Shown here in pieces: positions 14,501 through 27,431 of a stretch of 64,000 nucleotides of DNA (position 1 is the first letter of the stretch; every line of letters starts with the position of its first letter). The notes under the pieces are model-generated. The model did no database searches. It worked only from the letters and a program-made list of their open reading frames with translations, and was not told the DNA's origin. Origin of the DNA: Cyanophora paradoxa CCMP329 (Eukaryota; Plantae; Glaucophyta); NCBI GenBank assembly GCA_004431415.1, contig QPMI01000035.1, positions 241,352-305,351 of the forward strand, given 5' to 3'. A program made the translations under genes and the position numbers.

Positions 14501-15690
14501 CGCGAGGAGGTGCCTCGCAATCGCCTCTAAGCTTAAGCTTTTCGCCGCTGACGTTCTTCAGCTGACGGAGGCGAACAAGCGGCACCTCGTTCGGCTCGCG
14601 GCGCAGTGGCAGTGCGTGGGCCGGCGTCAGCCGCTCCTCGAGGCGATGCGAGTGCGCCGCGCTCGTTTCGTCTTCAACCGTCTCTAAGCGTCGCCGTTCT
14701 CCGCCCACAGGAGGGGTTCCAGGGCGTCTTCACGCGGCCGGAGGCGAGCAAGAGGGGCCCCGAGGCGGCGGCGGGCGCGGCGGACGCGCTCGAGGCGGTC
14801 GGGCTGCTGGGCGCCGACGACTGGGCCGCCCTCGTCGGCGGTGCCCCGCCGGCCGCCCCCGCGCGGCCCGAGCGCTCTCACGCCGCCCCCGCAGGCCAGG
14901 CGTGGACGGCCGAGACGCTCATCGCAAACGTGCGCAGCGTTTTAAGTATTCCTATTCTCGAATTTGAATTTCACGACCGATTTCACGGTTTGTTCGCAGA
15001 TGCGATTCCACAGCGACTGGCGGCATTTCCAAGAGGTGGCTGGCGATGTTTCCGGCGTCGACCCGTGCCTTGCAATCGCCCCCTCTCACCCCGCGGGGCT
15101 CCTCCCGCCCCGCAGGACCGGGCTCTGATCGAGCTGTGGCTCTTTGGTGCGCTTCGGACGGGCGAAGTGGACCCGTCGCAGTTCGCACGCTGCATCGGTG
15201 CGCTGGGATTAGGGCGATTTTTCTATGATTCCGATGCTAGATTGATCTGTGCTGCAGGCCGCGCCTCCGCGCCGGCGAGCGGGAAGCTCGAAAGGTGAGA
15301 TTAATATTCGGATTCATTATCGCGCTTCTGGTTCAGCGCTTTATTCAATTTGTTTGGGGATCATCACCAAATTGCGCGCACCGGCACAGGCCCCTCACCA
15401 TCGCCCCGAAGACATATACACCCACGGATGGCACCGGCCGCAAATGCAAGGAGACCATCCTGCTGCCCTGGTCGGACAAGGAGTGGGGTCTAGCCTTCCA
15501 CACATGCTCCGACGAGGCCCGCCCCGCCGCGCCCGGCGCCGCACACTTGTCGACAAATCGAACTTGGGGGCAGATGAAGATCCCCGGGGTGCCGTCGGCG
15601 GCGGCGGGAGCGGAGGAGGAGAGGCGGCGGCTCTTCGTGCGGGCGGTCCACAAAAGCGTTGACGTCCCCCTCGACTTCAACGACGTCTAG
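11508..15690 (+). CDS. Multi-exon HECT-domain E3 ubiquitin ligase with an N-terminal coiled coil; start approximate, and the coiled coil could be a separate gene
   Basis: Coiled-coil exons at 11664-11830 and 12243-12690. HECT motifs: EEAVDRKGPSREFYAL..FFEELVK (~13430-13580), KYQFIGSVVGR, RFIQFVWGSS, and LPWSDKEWGLAFHTCS (catalytic HTC). C-terminus ...VHKSVDVPLDFNDV*. Confidence 0.75.
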
Positions 15691-16473
15691 GCGCGAGATT
15701 ATGTGAGCGCATACGCGCTTTTCATACGCTTTGTTCTCAATTTGTTCTTCAATTAGCTACTACGACTATAGCTGACTATAGCCATGAATTCCAAGGGATT
15801 TGTTCTAGCCACGAATTCCAAGGGATTTGTTCTAGGTTGCCCAAATTAAATGCCTCCATAGCTAGATCCGGATCTTGACTCGGTGAACTTCTCTTGTATT
15901 TAATTCGCCAAGGTTCAGAAGCTCGACCCCGCGGTGCACGTGGCACTGTGGGCTTGGGCCATGCGCGGGGTCCAGCTACAGGGATCGCCGCCGCCGGCAG
16001 CGCCCGGCGGCCGAACGCTCAGCGGCTGGCCCCAGTGGAGTCCGGTGGTCATGATCAGCCCCCCGGCGGCGCCAGCTGCGGCCGGGCACGGCAGGCGCCC
16101 AAGGTGGCATTCGCTATTATAACGCCGCTGGCGGCCGCCCCAGCTGCAGGCCCGCAGACGTATATATCCAGCTCCGAATCCTTTTTTTCTCTCGAGCTCA
16201 ACCTCTTCTTCCTCGCCCCCCCCCTCATTCTTTTTTTCTAATCCTCTGTTCTCAGCTCCTGTTCTCTGTTCCGAGTCCTAAGTTCTCCTAACGGCTCTTT
16301 CAATCCATCTTTCCCCCTTTTTTCTCGTATATGCATCCTCTTTTCCGACCGTTAAAATTCCGCGCGCTCATGGGCATCAGTTCCGCCCGTCGGACGTCGA
16401 CCACCAGTCACTCATTGCTTTGTTTAGGTCAAATCTGAGGCTGCTTCACGGCCCGCAACGCCCGCCCGCGGAG

Positions 16474-18530
16474 ATGGTGCACGCGCCGAGCACCCGCTCG
16501 ACGCGCTACGCGCACGTGCTCGCTCTCGCCTTGGCCCTTGCATACGCGTTCGCGCTCGCCGCCGCAGCGCCGGCGCCCGCAGCGGATCCGCCCGGTCTGC
16601 AGCCCGTGCCGAAGGGCACTCCTTTCAGCAGCGACGAATCGGTCAGCAATCTCGGCGGCGCTTCCCTGAATCTCGGCTACACGGCCAAGACTGGGCGCCC
16701 GGTCCGCCCGTCTGAATTTAATATTCCATGGCCGGCGCCACGTCGACGTCGCTGATCATTAGATTCCCTGACCGTCGGACGTGCCGCAGATAGTGAACCT
16801 TGACAACATTCCCGTGCTGCGCCGCGTAACCTGCGCCCCGGACAGCATCACGCTCAGCTTCAGCAGCGTGACCGTGGACGAGCCCACCGGCGGCCTCTTC
16901 GGCGGGGAGCGGACCATCCCCGCCGAGCCGTACTACGACATCGATAAACTCTGGCCGCACGGTGATCTTGAGCTCTGCGGATGTCGGCGTACACCTCGTC
17001 TCAATTTATTTCGGGCAGGGTCTCTGATCGTGGGCGGCCAAACGCGTCTCTAAAGCGGCTGCCTGAGCTCCTTGTACGGCCCTTAATTATAAAATAGATT
17101 TTTCTGCGTCGACCTTAAGCTCTCTTTCCCAATAGCGGCGTCGAGGAGCCCTTCTACCGCATCCTTTCCTCCATCAAGAAGGGGCCCTTCGGCTCCACCC
17201 TCCCCCCGGGCCCGGGAGCCGTCGTCTTGATGCGCCGACCTCCTCGGCGGCTGGGAAACTTGAAAACATCTAGAGCAAAAATGAAATTAAATCGTGCGAT
17301 TGCGCGCAGGATGCCTTCGAGGACCTGGACCTGAAGCTGCGCTCCGTGCCCGCCCCCGGCGCCGGCGCGGCGGGCGCGTCGGGCGCCGGCTTCGGCTCGC
17401 CCTACACGCCCGACTTCTGCGGCCCGAACGGCCCCGTCTACACAGCGGCGCAGCGGGGCGCGGGCGAGCCGCGGGGGCCGGCGGGCGCTCAGGCAGGACT
17501 CGAGCGCGGCGCCGCCGCCGGCGCCGGCGCCGCCCCGCCGCCAGCTCGCGTCGGAGCCGGACTTCAACTTTCTCGACGCGGCGCGCTCGAGCTTAAAGCT
17601 TCCCGCCGCTCCCCGCGCGCGTACTGACGGGCAGCATTAATGGTAATGGCGCCGCAGCTGAAGAAAGTGTTCGAGGGGGCGTGGGGCGCCCTGCGGGCTG
17701 CGGCCGGGGCCGTGCGCGACGTGGCGGAGGCTGTGGTCGACGTCGTCGCGGCCATTCTCGGCGGCAATTTCCGCGTGCGCGCGGGCGGGCGCGGGCGCGG
17801 GCACGGGAGCGGGAGCGGGCCGGCGTCCGCGCGTCGCTGACCCGCTGCTGATCACGATCGAAGGAGTTCCTGCGCTGACGCTGTACACGTCCCGCGTGCG
17901 CAGGAGTCCGGCACGCGGACGCTCTTCGAGAGGGGCTGGAACTACGACGCGGCTCGGGACTCTGCCCAGGAGCCGGTGACGTGGCCAATTGCAACCGCTG
18001 CCCCCGCTTGCTCCTGGCCCCATTCAATTAAATAATTGCCCGCTCAGAAACCCCTCTACAGAGCTGGAACGGCGTTCGTCGCTGCCTAAAAGGAATATTA
18101 ATTGCGTCCGCGCAGCGCGATCACCTGCTCCAATTGCTACGCGTGCGCACGCGCGCGGCCCGGATCCGAGTCCGATATCGAACTGAATTTATACGCGCCC
18201 CCACCGCGCAGCCAATTCGGAGTCGACGTCTACCTCGAAGTTGCGATCGAGTCGTACAAGCCGACTGTACGCATCTGCTGCCCGCCTCGTGATCGCGGCC
18301 GCGCCATCGTGGCATGCCGGTCGACGTCTTATATATATATATTTTATACAACGTCTCACCGTGCAGAAATTCGAGATAAGCTTCGACGCGCGAGCCAAGG
18401 CCCAGGTCGACGCCCTTGCCCCGCCTCCTTTCCGGCCTCTAGATCTCACTGAGGACCCCTTTTCCTTTCCATTCCCCTTCGATGCCAGGTCGAGCTGCTG
18501 GCGACGTACCAGGCGTCCACCAGGCAGAGC

Positions 18531-18567
<37 letters not shown>

Positions 18568-20523
18568 GCAGACCTGGAGGGCCTGGAGACCCCCATTGCC
18601 ACCATCCCCGTGCCTGTCGGGCCGGTGCGCCGCCCGCGCAAGATCTAAATCGATCTAGAGCGTGGTGACGCCGGTGTAAGAGCTAGAATGCTCATGCTCG
18701 CGCGAGATCTTGACTTGGTCTAAAGCGCCGCCGCGGCTGCTTGTCGGATTTCGAACCCTTGAGATTTATATTTTCCGATGGCCAGAGGCGGAGGCGGGCG
18801 CGGGCGTGCTGGGCTTCGTGGGCCTGGGGCTCTCGAGCATCATTGACATCGGCGACTTCGAGGTGTACATCGGTCCGCCCGCCCGCCCACGGATTATGCT
18901 TATCAGCTCAGCTGATGGCCGCGGTCGCATGCGCAGGCCCCGAGCTGACGGCGGCGCTGAAGCCCGCGGGGGCCGGCCAGTGCCCAGCGAACAGCGCGGC
19001 GGCGACCGCCCTGCCCGGCTCCGAGCGGGTCGTCACCGGCGTCAGTCCCTTCGGAGCCGTGCGGAGCCGGCACCTGCAGGCGGCCGCGGCCACCCCGGTC
19101 CACCCCGGCGGCGCTTCCGTCCTCGCATTGTATTCCCGCCTCAGCTTCTAACCCCCAGCGCAGCCCGAGGAGTCGGCGCTGGTGCACAGGCTCGAGGCGT
19201 TCGTCGCGCCCAAGTACAAGCTCGAGGTCGACATCTCGCTCACCGTCCCCGTCGGTGCCCGCGCGGCCGCGCCCGGCGCCGCTCCGCCTCTGCGCCCTGA
19301 ACCCTGAACCCCTCTCTCTGCCCCTCAGTGGAGGAGCGCGTCACATTCTTCAAAAGGAGCACGGGCCTGCTGCCCCTCGGGCCCCGCATCGTCCTCTACC
19401 AGTCCACGGGCTGCGTCTACGCCTCCCCGGGTCGGACCCGGGCCTGCGCCGGCGCCGGCGCCGCGCCCCTCCCAGAAATCCGTTCTCTTTCCGAGCGGGG
19501 CGCAGGTGTGCGGTTCGGGACCCTCACCCGCAGCGAGCTGCAGGAGCCCGCGGCGCTGTCGGCCCCCCAGAGCGGTGCCTTTATTATTACCTTCCCGGGC
19601 GATTCTTAAGCTTATTACTAATATCAATATTTAACATTCTTTTTACTCATCAAAATTTCCCTTGGCTTTCCATTGTTATTCAAGCCTTCTGCCGCATGCA
19701 GGCCCCGGCGTGAACAATATTGAGCTGAGCGGAGGGGACCCAATCTGGGTGCGCCCCCGCGCGCCGCGGCCCCGCCGGGCCGAGATCCTCATGATGAGGG
19801 GCGCTCTCGGCAGAACTTTGGGGACGGGAGCCCGGAGGTGACGACCCTCGAGCCCCGCGTGTCCCACGCCTACGCCGCCCCCGGGACCTACAGCGTCACG
19901 GTAACCCCCCCTCCCCCTCCCTCCCTTCGAGACACTATCGATTGCCGGGGCGGCAGGCGACGAACCCCGCGACCGGTGCCGTGACCTACATCGTCGTCGT
20001 GGCCGCGGAAGGCGCCGCCCCCCGCCCCCGCCGCCCGCCCCCCAGCCCCCCGGCTCCGATTCTTCTCGCAATTGCTCCTGACGGAGAGAGCTCGGCGCGC
20101 AGCGCACTGCCCCGCCCGAGCGGCCCGCTACCGCCGCGGGTCATCACACCGACCCCCACCCCGGCGCCCCTCGCGCCGGCCGGCCCTACCCCTACCCCCA
20201 CTCCCACCCCGGCTTCGAATTCCCTCTCGCCGGTCGGCTCTACCCCTACCCCTACCCCTACACCCACCGGTACCCCTGTCGTAGAAGCCGGTATCCCGGA
20301 GGACGACGCGGGGCCGCCGCGCCCCGAGGCGCCGTCGTACCCCATGGTCGGCGAAGCCGGCGTGGGCACCCTCAGCTGCGGCGGCTCGGCGGCGGGCACG
20401 CGCTACTGCCCCGCGGCGCCCGTGCCGCTCTTCTGCTGCGACCCGCGCGTGCCGGGCGGCTTCTGCTGCGCCGTCGGGCAGATATGCAACCGCGTCCGCG
20501 GCAGATGCGAGCTGCCCGTGTAG
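16474..20523 (+). CDS. Multi-exon secreted protein with signal peptide, PKD domain, PT linker and Cys-rich C-terminus
   Basis: Signal peptide MVHAP...YAHVLALALALAYAFALAAA. Exon ~19814-19900 reads NFGDGSPEVTTLEPRVSHAYAAPGTYSVT then ATNP (PKD consensus FGDG...HxYxxPGxYxV). Ends with a C..C..CC..CC..C..C cluster. Confidence 0.75.
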
Positions 20524-21161
20524 ATGTTAAACTGCACGGTTCAGAGAAAAAGCTTTGCCTGCTGCGAGTAGAATGAAAATTCGAACCAGCTGCGGCAGGC
20601 CTAGGTCCAACCGCACCGATTGCAAATCAAAGAAATTGCAAGTGTCCAGGATTGCTAGCGCTTCCTTTTTTTCCACTAAACCTGTAGCCAAATTGCAAAA
20701 TTAAAGCTTAAGCTATATAGCTCGTTGCCTATAGCTAACCGAACTAATACAACTACTGCCCTTGATGTGGGCTTTCTGGAGCTCGTTGCCTAACCTGCTT
20801 TATTCAGCCGATAGCTGCACATGATCATGATCGCTTTCATTTCTTTTTGCTCATGATAAGGCTATAAAAAGTATGCATACGCGTATGGATGGCAGTGGCA
20901 GGCAGTCGAATTTGCAATTGATGGTCCTTTGTCGCCGTGCACAAATTAAACATTGTCGCAGTATCGAGGGTGAAAAACTCGAGGCCGGGCTGCAGCAGCG
21001 CGAGCACTGCGCTCGAGACCCCGGCGGCCCCAGCTGCAGCGAGGGAGAGCCACGGCCGTCGGGCCCTCCCGATGAATTGCTGAAAGAGCGAGTACGAACG
21101 TTAACGTTCTGCTCTCATTACAGCTAACGCCTTCACTATTGGCACACGTGGTTCGTCGCGT

Positions 21162-24145
21162 TCACACGGGGGCCCAGAACGCGACCTTGGCGCCCGGCAG
21201 GACGAGCCGCGGGGGCGGCGGCGGGCCCTCCCGCCCCACGTCCACCTCCTGCACCTGCTCCCCCGCCCGCGCAGTGAGGCCGGGACCAGGGGCTAATAAA
21301 TAGACTGGAGCGCGGCCGGGCGGCCCGGGAAGCAGCTGACCCAGGCGCCCCCCAGCTCGGCGTCGCCGTCGGCGCGGGCGTAGCAGAAGGCGTCCCCCGC
21401 CGGCGACCAGAAGCGCGCGGACTGAGCGTACTGCTTGCGAGGGCTGTTAGGCGGGAAGGGGGGGGGGAGGAGGAGGGGGGTACGGCACCTGGTCGAAGAA
21501 GGGGAGGTAGTGGGAGGTCAGGGAGCGGGAGGGGACGAAGGGGGGGTACCGCTGCCGCCGGCCCGTCGCGACCTCGTACACCTGCAGCCAGGGGTACGAG
21601 AATCAAAAGGGGTACGGGCTGGACCGTGGGGGAACGGGGTACGGGCGCACGACCCATCGGAACATTTCGGGCATCCCCACCCACTCGACAGCGTGCAGCG
21701 GGGCCAGGCCCTCGTCCCTGCAAGGGGGTATCAGCTCGTCGAGGAAGCGGGGACGGGAAGGGGGAAGATCGCGGGGGGGGGGGGGGGGGGGATACGAGGC
21801 GCGCACGGCTCGAGGTAAAGCAACAGGCGCCCATCGGGGCTCCAGAAGAACGCCTCAACCGCGCCCGCGACCTGGATGAACGCGCGCGGTTCGCGGGGGT
21901 ACGCCGAATTCAGGGGGGCGGGGGTACGCCGCGCGCGCCCTGACGGGGTCCTTGGGCCCGTACACGGCGACGGGTCCGGCGGCGCCGGGGGCGGGCGGGT
22001 CCGCAAGCATCCTCTCCTCGCCCTCGACCTGCGTGCATGGCGAACGAAGTCAGGTGAGCGCGCCGCCCACTTCCGTTCCCACCGCAGCCAACGCCCCTCG
22101 CGGGGGCCGACCTGGGGAGAGGAAGAAGAAGAGTTCGATCCGAGGGGGAGGAGGCCGCGTGAGCGCGCGGCCCCCTTGCATTCCCCGCGCAGCGCCTCGC
22201 GGGGGCCGGCCGACCTGTGGTGACGACGAAGAAGAATTCGATCCGAGGGGGAGGAGCAGGAGGAGCCCGTCGCCCTCGCGGGGGCCCCTGAGGACGGCCG
22301 CGACGTGCCCGCACGCGGCGTCCATCGCAAAGCTGCGAACGAAGGGAGGGGGGGGGGCGGTTAGAAGCTAGACTACTCGGCCCTCTATGGTAGCTCTCTT
22401 TTAAGACTCCTGGTGCGCTTGGGACGGAGCGAAAGACCGGAGCGGCGCGCCTGGCGTGGCCCGTGAAGCGGAGGAGGCGCCGCCGCGGCGCCCCGTCCGC
22501 GGGCTCCAGTAGCGCCAGCGTCAGCTGCGCTCATACTCAGACTCACCTGAGCGGCCCGCCGAGCCGGCGCGTGACGTCACGCGGGCGGGCGGGCGCACGG
22601 CGGGCGGGCCGCGGGGCTGCGGCATCTCCACGGCCGCCAGGACTGCCTTTCCGTCGGGCGTCCACTGCGGAGGGCGGCCGAGGCGCCGTCAGAAACGCGG
22701 GGGGGGGGGGGGGGGGGGGGGGAGGGGGGGGTACCTGAGGGGCGCCGTGGAAGCAGGAGGGGGCCGGGACGGCGACGGTCTCGGCCAGCTCACCTGATCC
22801 CGGATCGTAAGGCGAGGGGAAGAAGGTACGCTTTTGGATAAGGGGGGGCGTACAGGAGGCGGGGCGGAGGGCGTGGAGCGCGAGCTGCGAGTCCCCCGTG
22901 TGTGACGCCAGCGCGAACCTGCGGCCCAGTACCCCCGGCCCGGTTCGAGGGGGTACGCGAATCTCGCTCGGAGGGGTACGGGAACGGACCGGTCGGGGCA
23001 GAAGGAGTAGAAGAGGGGTCGCCCCACCATCGCCGTCTGCGGCTCGAGCTCCTCGGGCCCCGCCTCGGGCGGCCGCCCGGCGAAGCGCGCCGCCGCCGGC
23101 CCCACGTCGATCGCCCGCATGCCTGGCTCGGGCCGGTCTGGGGGGAGGAGGGGAATGAACGGACGGAGGGGGGTACGCGCGCACCGACGCGCCGGTCGCG
23201 CCAGTTGGAGAGGAACGTGAGGAGCGTGGAGCAAGGGGACCAGTAGAAGAAGAAGGGGGGGAAAGGCGTGGCCGCCCACGCCAGGGTACGCCCAGTGCGA
23301 GCCTCCGCGACCACTACCCGGCTCGCCTGCCGGGGGGGAAGGAGTTCGAGGGGGGTACGAGGAGGAGGGAAGCGGGGGGAGGAGGCGCACGTTCGGTTGG
23401 GTAAAGTCGAGAGACGACGCGAACTGGCGGCCGGGCGTGAGTCACGCGAGACGGTCGCGGCGGGGGCGTGCCCGGGGGGTACCTCGGAGTAGGCGACCCA
23501 GCGGCCGTCGGGGGACCAGCTCGGCTGCTGGATCCTGCGCGCGGCGCCGCGCGGTGCGTCAGCGGCGAAGGAGTCGGAAGGAAGGGCCGCGGGACGGGCG
23601 CCGCACTGGCGCTTGTCGGGGACCCGCGCGAGGATGCGCAAGCTCAGCCCCTCGTCGCTCAGCGGCGCCGCGCCCGCGTCGGCGCCCGGCGCCGCGTTCT
23701 CCGCGCCGCGAGCCGGCGACGCGAGGACGAGCCCCGCGCGCGTCTCGCAGAGGAGGAGCCCGACGGGCCGCCGCCGCCCGTACAGCGCGGCGAAGAGGGC
23801 GCGGCGCGTCGGCGCGAGGTCGGCCCGCTGCAGCCGCGGCGGCGCCTCGCGCTCGCACAGGCGGGCCCAGAGGGCGTCGTCGGCGGCCAGGGCGCGGAGC
23901 TGGCGGCAGGCGGCCCCGGCGCGGGCAAGCGAGCGGGCGTCGAGGAACTGGAGCACGTGGGAGATCAGCTCGGGGGGCAGGTCGAGCAGCCGCTCGGGCC
24001 CGTCGATCTCCATGCCCTCCTCCTGCTGCGCGTGCGCCTGCTCGGCCTCGTGCTCCGGCTCGGCCTCGGGCGCCTGCTGCTCGTGCGGCGTGTCCGACAT
24101 GCTCGCGCGGGATTGCATGGACGCGCCCATCGCGCCCGGCTGCAT
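21162..24145 (-). CDS. F-box protein with a TolB/PD40-like beta-propeller (multi-exon)
   Basis: F-box LLDLPPELISHVLQFLDARSLARAGAACRQLRALAADDALW. Propeller blades PSWSPDGRWVAYSE, FFFYWSPCSTLLTFL, AFFWSPDGRLLLYLE, ARFWSPAGDAFCY. Terminal exon LVLPGAKVAFWAPV* with stop at 21162-21164. Confidence 0.85.
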
Positions 24146-24271
24146 GAAACTCGGCTGCGAGCTGGGAGCGCGAATTCTGCGGCTCGATCCGGGTACAGGC
24201 AAATCAGAAGCTGGCCCTCGCTGGAGCCGGATCGGAGCTTTACCTCGCAGTGGAATATCTTGAATTCGAGC

Positions 24272-27200
24272 ATGAAATCCGCGAAGATAGCACGCGCGTC
24301 GCGCGGCGAGCAGCTCGTGCCCGCAGGGACGAAGCTCTCGACCGACGTCGTCATCCCCTCCGAGGCCGTGCTCGTCGACCTGCCGCATGTCGGAGTCGTA
24401 CAGGTGCGCGCAAGCGAGGGCGCGCGTGCCCTCCAGCAGCTGCCCTCAAAAACAGGCGCTCATTCCGCCTGCAGCACTCCTCGAACTCGCCAGGTCGGCC
24501 GTGATCGGCGCTCTCAATCTCCTTGCAGATGCACGTACGCGCGCCTGCATGCGCGCGCAGTCGAAGACACGTTCTTTATCGAGGGCATCGGCGGCGGCGA
24601 TGGGGACTCTACTTTCTCCATCGGGATCTTCGACGGCGCGGCCCTGCCTTGGAAACGGTCTTAGAAAGGCCTTTGCTGAGATTTGTGCGCTCCGCAGGGC
24701 ACGGCGGGGCCGAGGCGGCGCACCTCCTCGCGGGCCGCATGCCCGTGCGGCTGCGCGAGGCATTCGCGGCCAACACGGACGTCGTGTCTGCCCTCCACGA
24801 AGGTGGGTCGCCTGAAGCCGCGCATTCCGCGGGCGCGGCCCGCCGACGCCCGCCCAGCGTACGAGAAGTGCGAGGTGGACGTCCTTCGTGAGGTCCTCAC
24901 GCGGCGCGTGCACTCGGCGGTGGAGTTGCGTGCCGGCGGGCCGCGCTCCTCGCACCACACGCACGACCCCGTCTTCAACGCGCTCGCCATCGGATCCTGC
25001 GGGCTGGTACGCGGCCCGGACCGGGATCAAATTTCGAATTCGGATGCGAACGGCGTCTTCGCAGGTCGCCGTCGTGCGGGATGGATCCCTTTACGTCGCG
25101 AACAGGTGCGATAGCATACGGACACGAAGGCACTGCCCGACACGGCCGCAGCGGAGACGCGCGGGCGGTGCTGGGGCGGCGCGTGGGCCCCGACACGGCG
25201 CGGCGGGACGGGCGGCCGCCGCCCCCGCCCGAGTACGAGGCGCTCCAACTGACCAACGACCACAACACGGGCGAGCCCGCCCGCCCGCCCTCCATCCCTC
25301 CCCTCGTCCACCTGCTCGCTTCGGAGCTGAGCGCTGCGTTTGAATTCGCCCGCAGACAACGACGAGGAGGTTTCTCTCGTCCTCCAGCGCTCCGGTGCGC
25401 TCGCGGATCCGGGATCGAATTCGAGATTTGATCCGAGATTTGATCCGTGGCGGGGCGGGCCGGGGCGCGCAGGGGACCCGCGGGCGGTGTTCCACGCGGC
25501 GCGGGCGCGCGGGCGCGAGCACGAGCGCGACTCGGCGGGGAACCTCAGGCGCGCCGCCCCGCCCCTCCGCGCCCGCATCCCGCCTCGATCCAGAATTCTC
25601 CGCTCCGATGCGCCCCGATGCGCGCCCCAGCTGTAGCGCTCGCCCCTAGACCTCGGAACGCGCCCTCCAGCTGGCGGCCAGCCAATTAGATGCAGCGCCT
25701 CGGTCCCCTTCGCGCGCCTCCCCAACTCCGCCTGCCCCTCTGAGCGCCGGGGCGGGGCGGGGCGCGGCAGGTTCCCCCCGCGCGTGGCCGGCGCCCTCCT
25801 CGTCACGCGCGCCTTCGGCGACGCGTTCGCGAAGGTGCCGCTGTACCCCCCTCCGGCCAAGCCCGGTCCCGGGCCTCTCGGCCAGCCAGCGGCCTTTCAA
25901 GGACCACGGCTTCCCGCCTTAGCCCCGCCCGCTGACTTCGATCGCAGGGCGGCGAGTCGCGGGGCCACCTGCCGCCCGAGGCGGCGGCCTTTATGCCCGA
26001 GCGGCCCCTCATCACCCACGAGCCCGAGGCGCGTCGGCCCGTCGCCGCGCCTAGTTCGAGCCCGAGGCGCGCCGGCCGCTCGCCGCTGGCTTTAGATCGC
26101 CCTCTCTAGCTCCCATGAGGCGGGCTGTGCCGGGAGGGCCCCGGCACGCCCCGCACCGCCGCCGCCGCCGCCCGACCCGACCCGATCCGATCTAATTCTG
26201 GCCTGGGGCGCGTCGGCCGCTCGCCGCGCTGCTGCATTCGCTCGTCGAGCCGACCGGCTGCTGGCTTAAGATCGCTCTAGTTCTCATGACGGGGGCTGTG
26301 CCGGCAGGGCCGCCGCCGCCGCTGTCCGCTGCCGGCGCCCGGCCCGACCTGATCTGATCCGAGGCTCAGGTGGTGCGGGACGGGCTGCGGCGCGGCGCCG
26401 GCGAGTTCCTCATCCTCGCCTCCGACGGCTGCTTCGAGCGGGTGCCCCCCCCCCCCCCCCCCGGGGACGGGTACTACTCTTCCGCCGGGCTCGCTCGGGC
26501 CCTTACCCCCCACCCGTTTTCCCCCAGGTCTCCAGCGCGGAGGCGGTGCAGGTACCCCTCGCCCTCCTATGTTCGCGTACCCCCCTCCCCACCCCGATCT
26601 CGTACCCCCCAGGTCGTATCGCGGTACCTCCCCCGGGACCGAGAGCCGGCGCACGCATCGCGCCCTGCAGCGGTGGGCGCCCCCCGCAAACCCCTGTACC
26701 CCTGACCGCGATTTAAATCTGTACCCCTGGCAGGCGGGCCAGGCCATTCTCCGACTCTGCCTCTCGCGCATCGCTGCCGAGGCGAGCGTACCCGCCCCTT
26801 CCTTCGCCTACCCCTAGTCTCTTTCTGATACCCCCGCAGCTGGGCATCACAGTAGAGGAGCTCGTGCAGCTACCCCCCGGGCACGTCCGCCGCTCCGTGC
26901 ACGACGACATCACGGGTGCTCCTTTCCTTTCTCAGAATTCAATCCGCGGCGGGACGCGCTGACGGGTACGCAGTCGCCGTGGTGCTTCTGGATCGCCTGG
27001 CGGGGGTACCCCCGGCCCCGGCGCGCTCGATCTCGCTGCCGGCGCCCGTACCCGTGCCGGCACCGATACCGCACGCCGCGTCTGTCCCGCCGGGGCGCCA
27101 CGCCGTGCCGTCGCCTGCAGCCACCACATCTTCCTCCGGCCCCCTCAAGACCTTTCGGCGCTGGCTGGGGCTCGAGCCGCGGCCGGGCCGGCCCGCGCCG

Positions 27201-27431
27201 GGGACCATGCCGGCCCCGGCGCCGGGCCCGCGGCCGGCGCCGCCGCTCCAGACCGCCACGTCGGCCCCGCGCGACTCGCTCGAAATCGCGTCCCGCCCCC
27301 AGCCGGCTGGGCCCTCCCTGTCTTCGGCGGGCAGCGCCGGAGCGCCGCGGGACAGCCTTGATCTGGAGCGCGATCCCGCGCCGGCGCCGGCCCCCGGCCC
27401 GCTCCCCGTCCCGACCCCGACCCGGCGCTGA
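24272..27431 (+). CDS. PP2C/PPM-family Ser/Thr protein phosphatase (multi-exon)
   Basis: Spliced motifs in order: VEDTF, GIFD|GHGG, GSCGL|VAVV..LYVANSGDARAVLG, LTNDHNT|DNDEE, RVAGALLVTRAFGD, HEPE|V, EFLILASDG, RRSVHDDIT|VAVV. Pro-rich tail. Confidence 0.92.

Noticed and set aside
15783-15836. 27-bp tandem duplication; also an intronic duplication at ~26085-26360 and (TCAGA)n at ~43750-43790
   Set aside because: Ordinary local slippage repeats with no sign of function.
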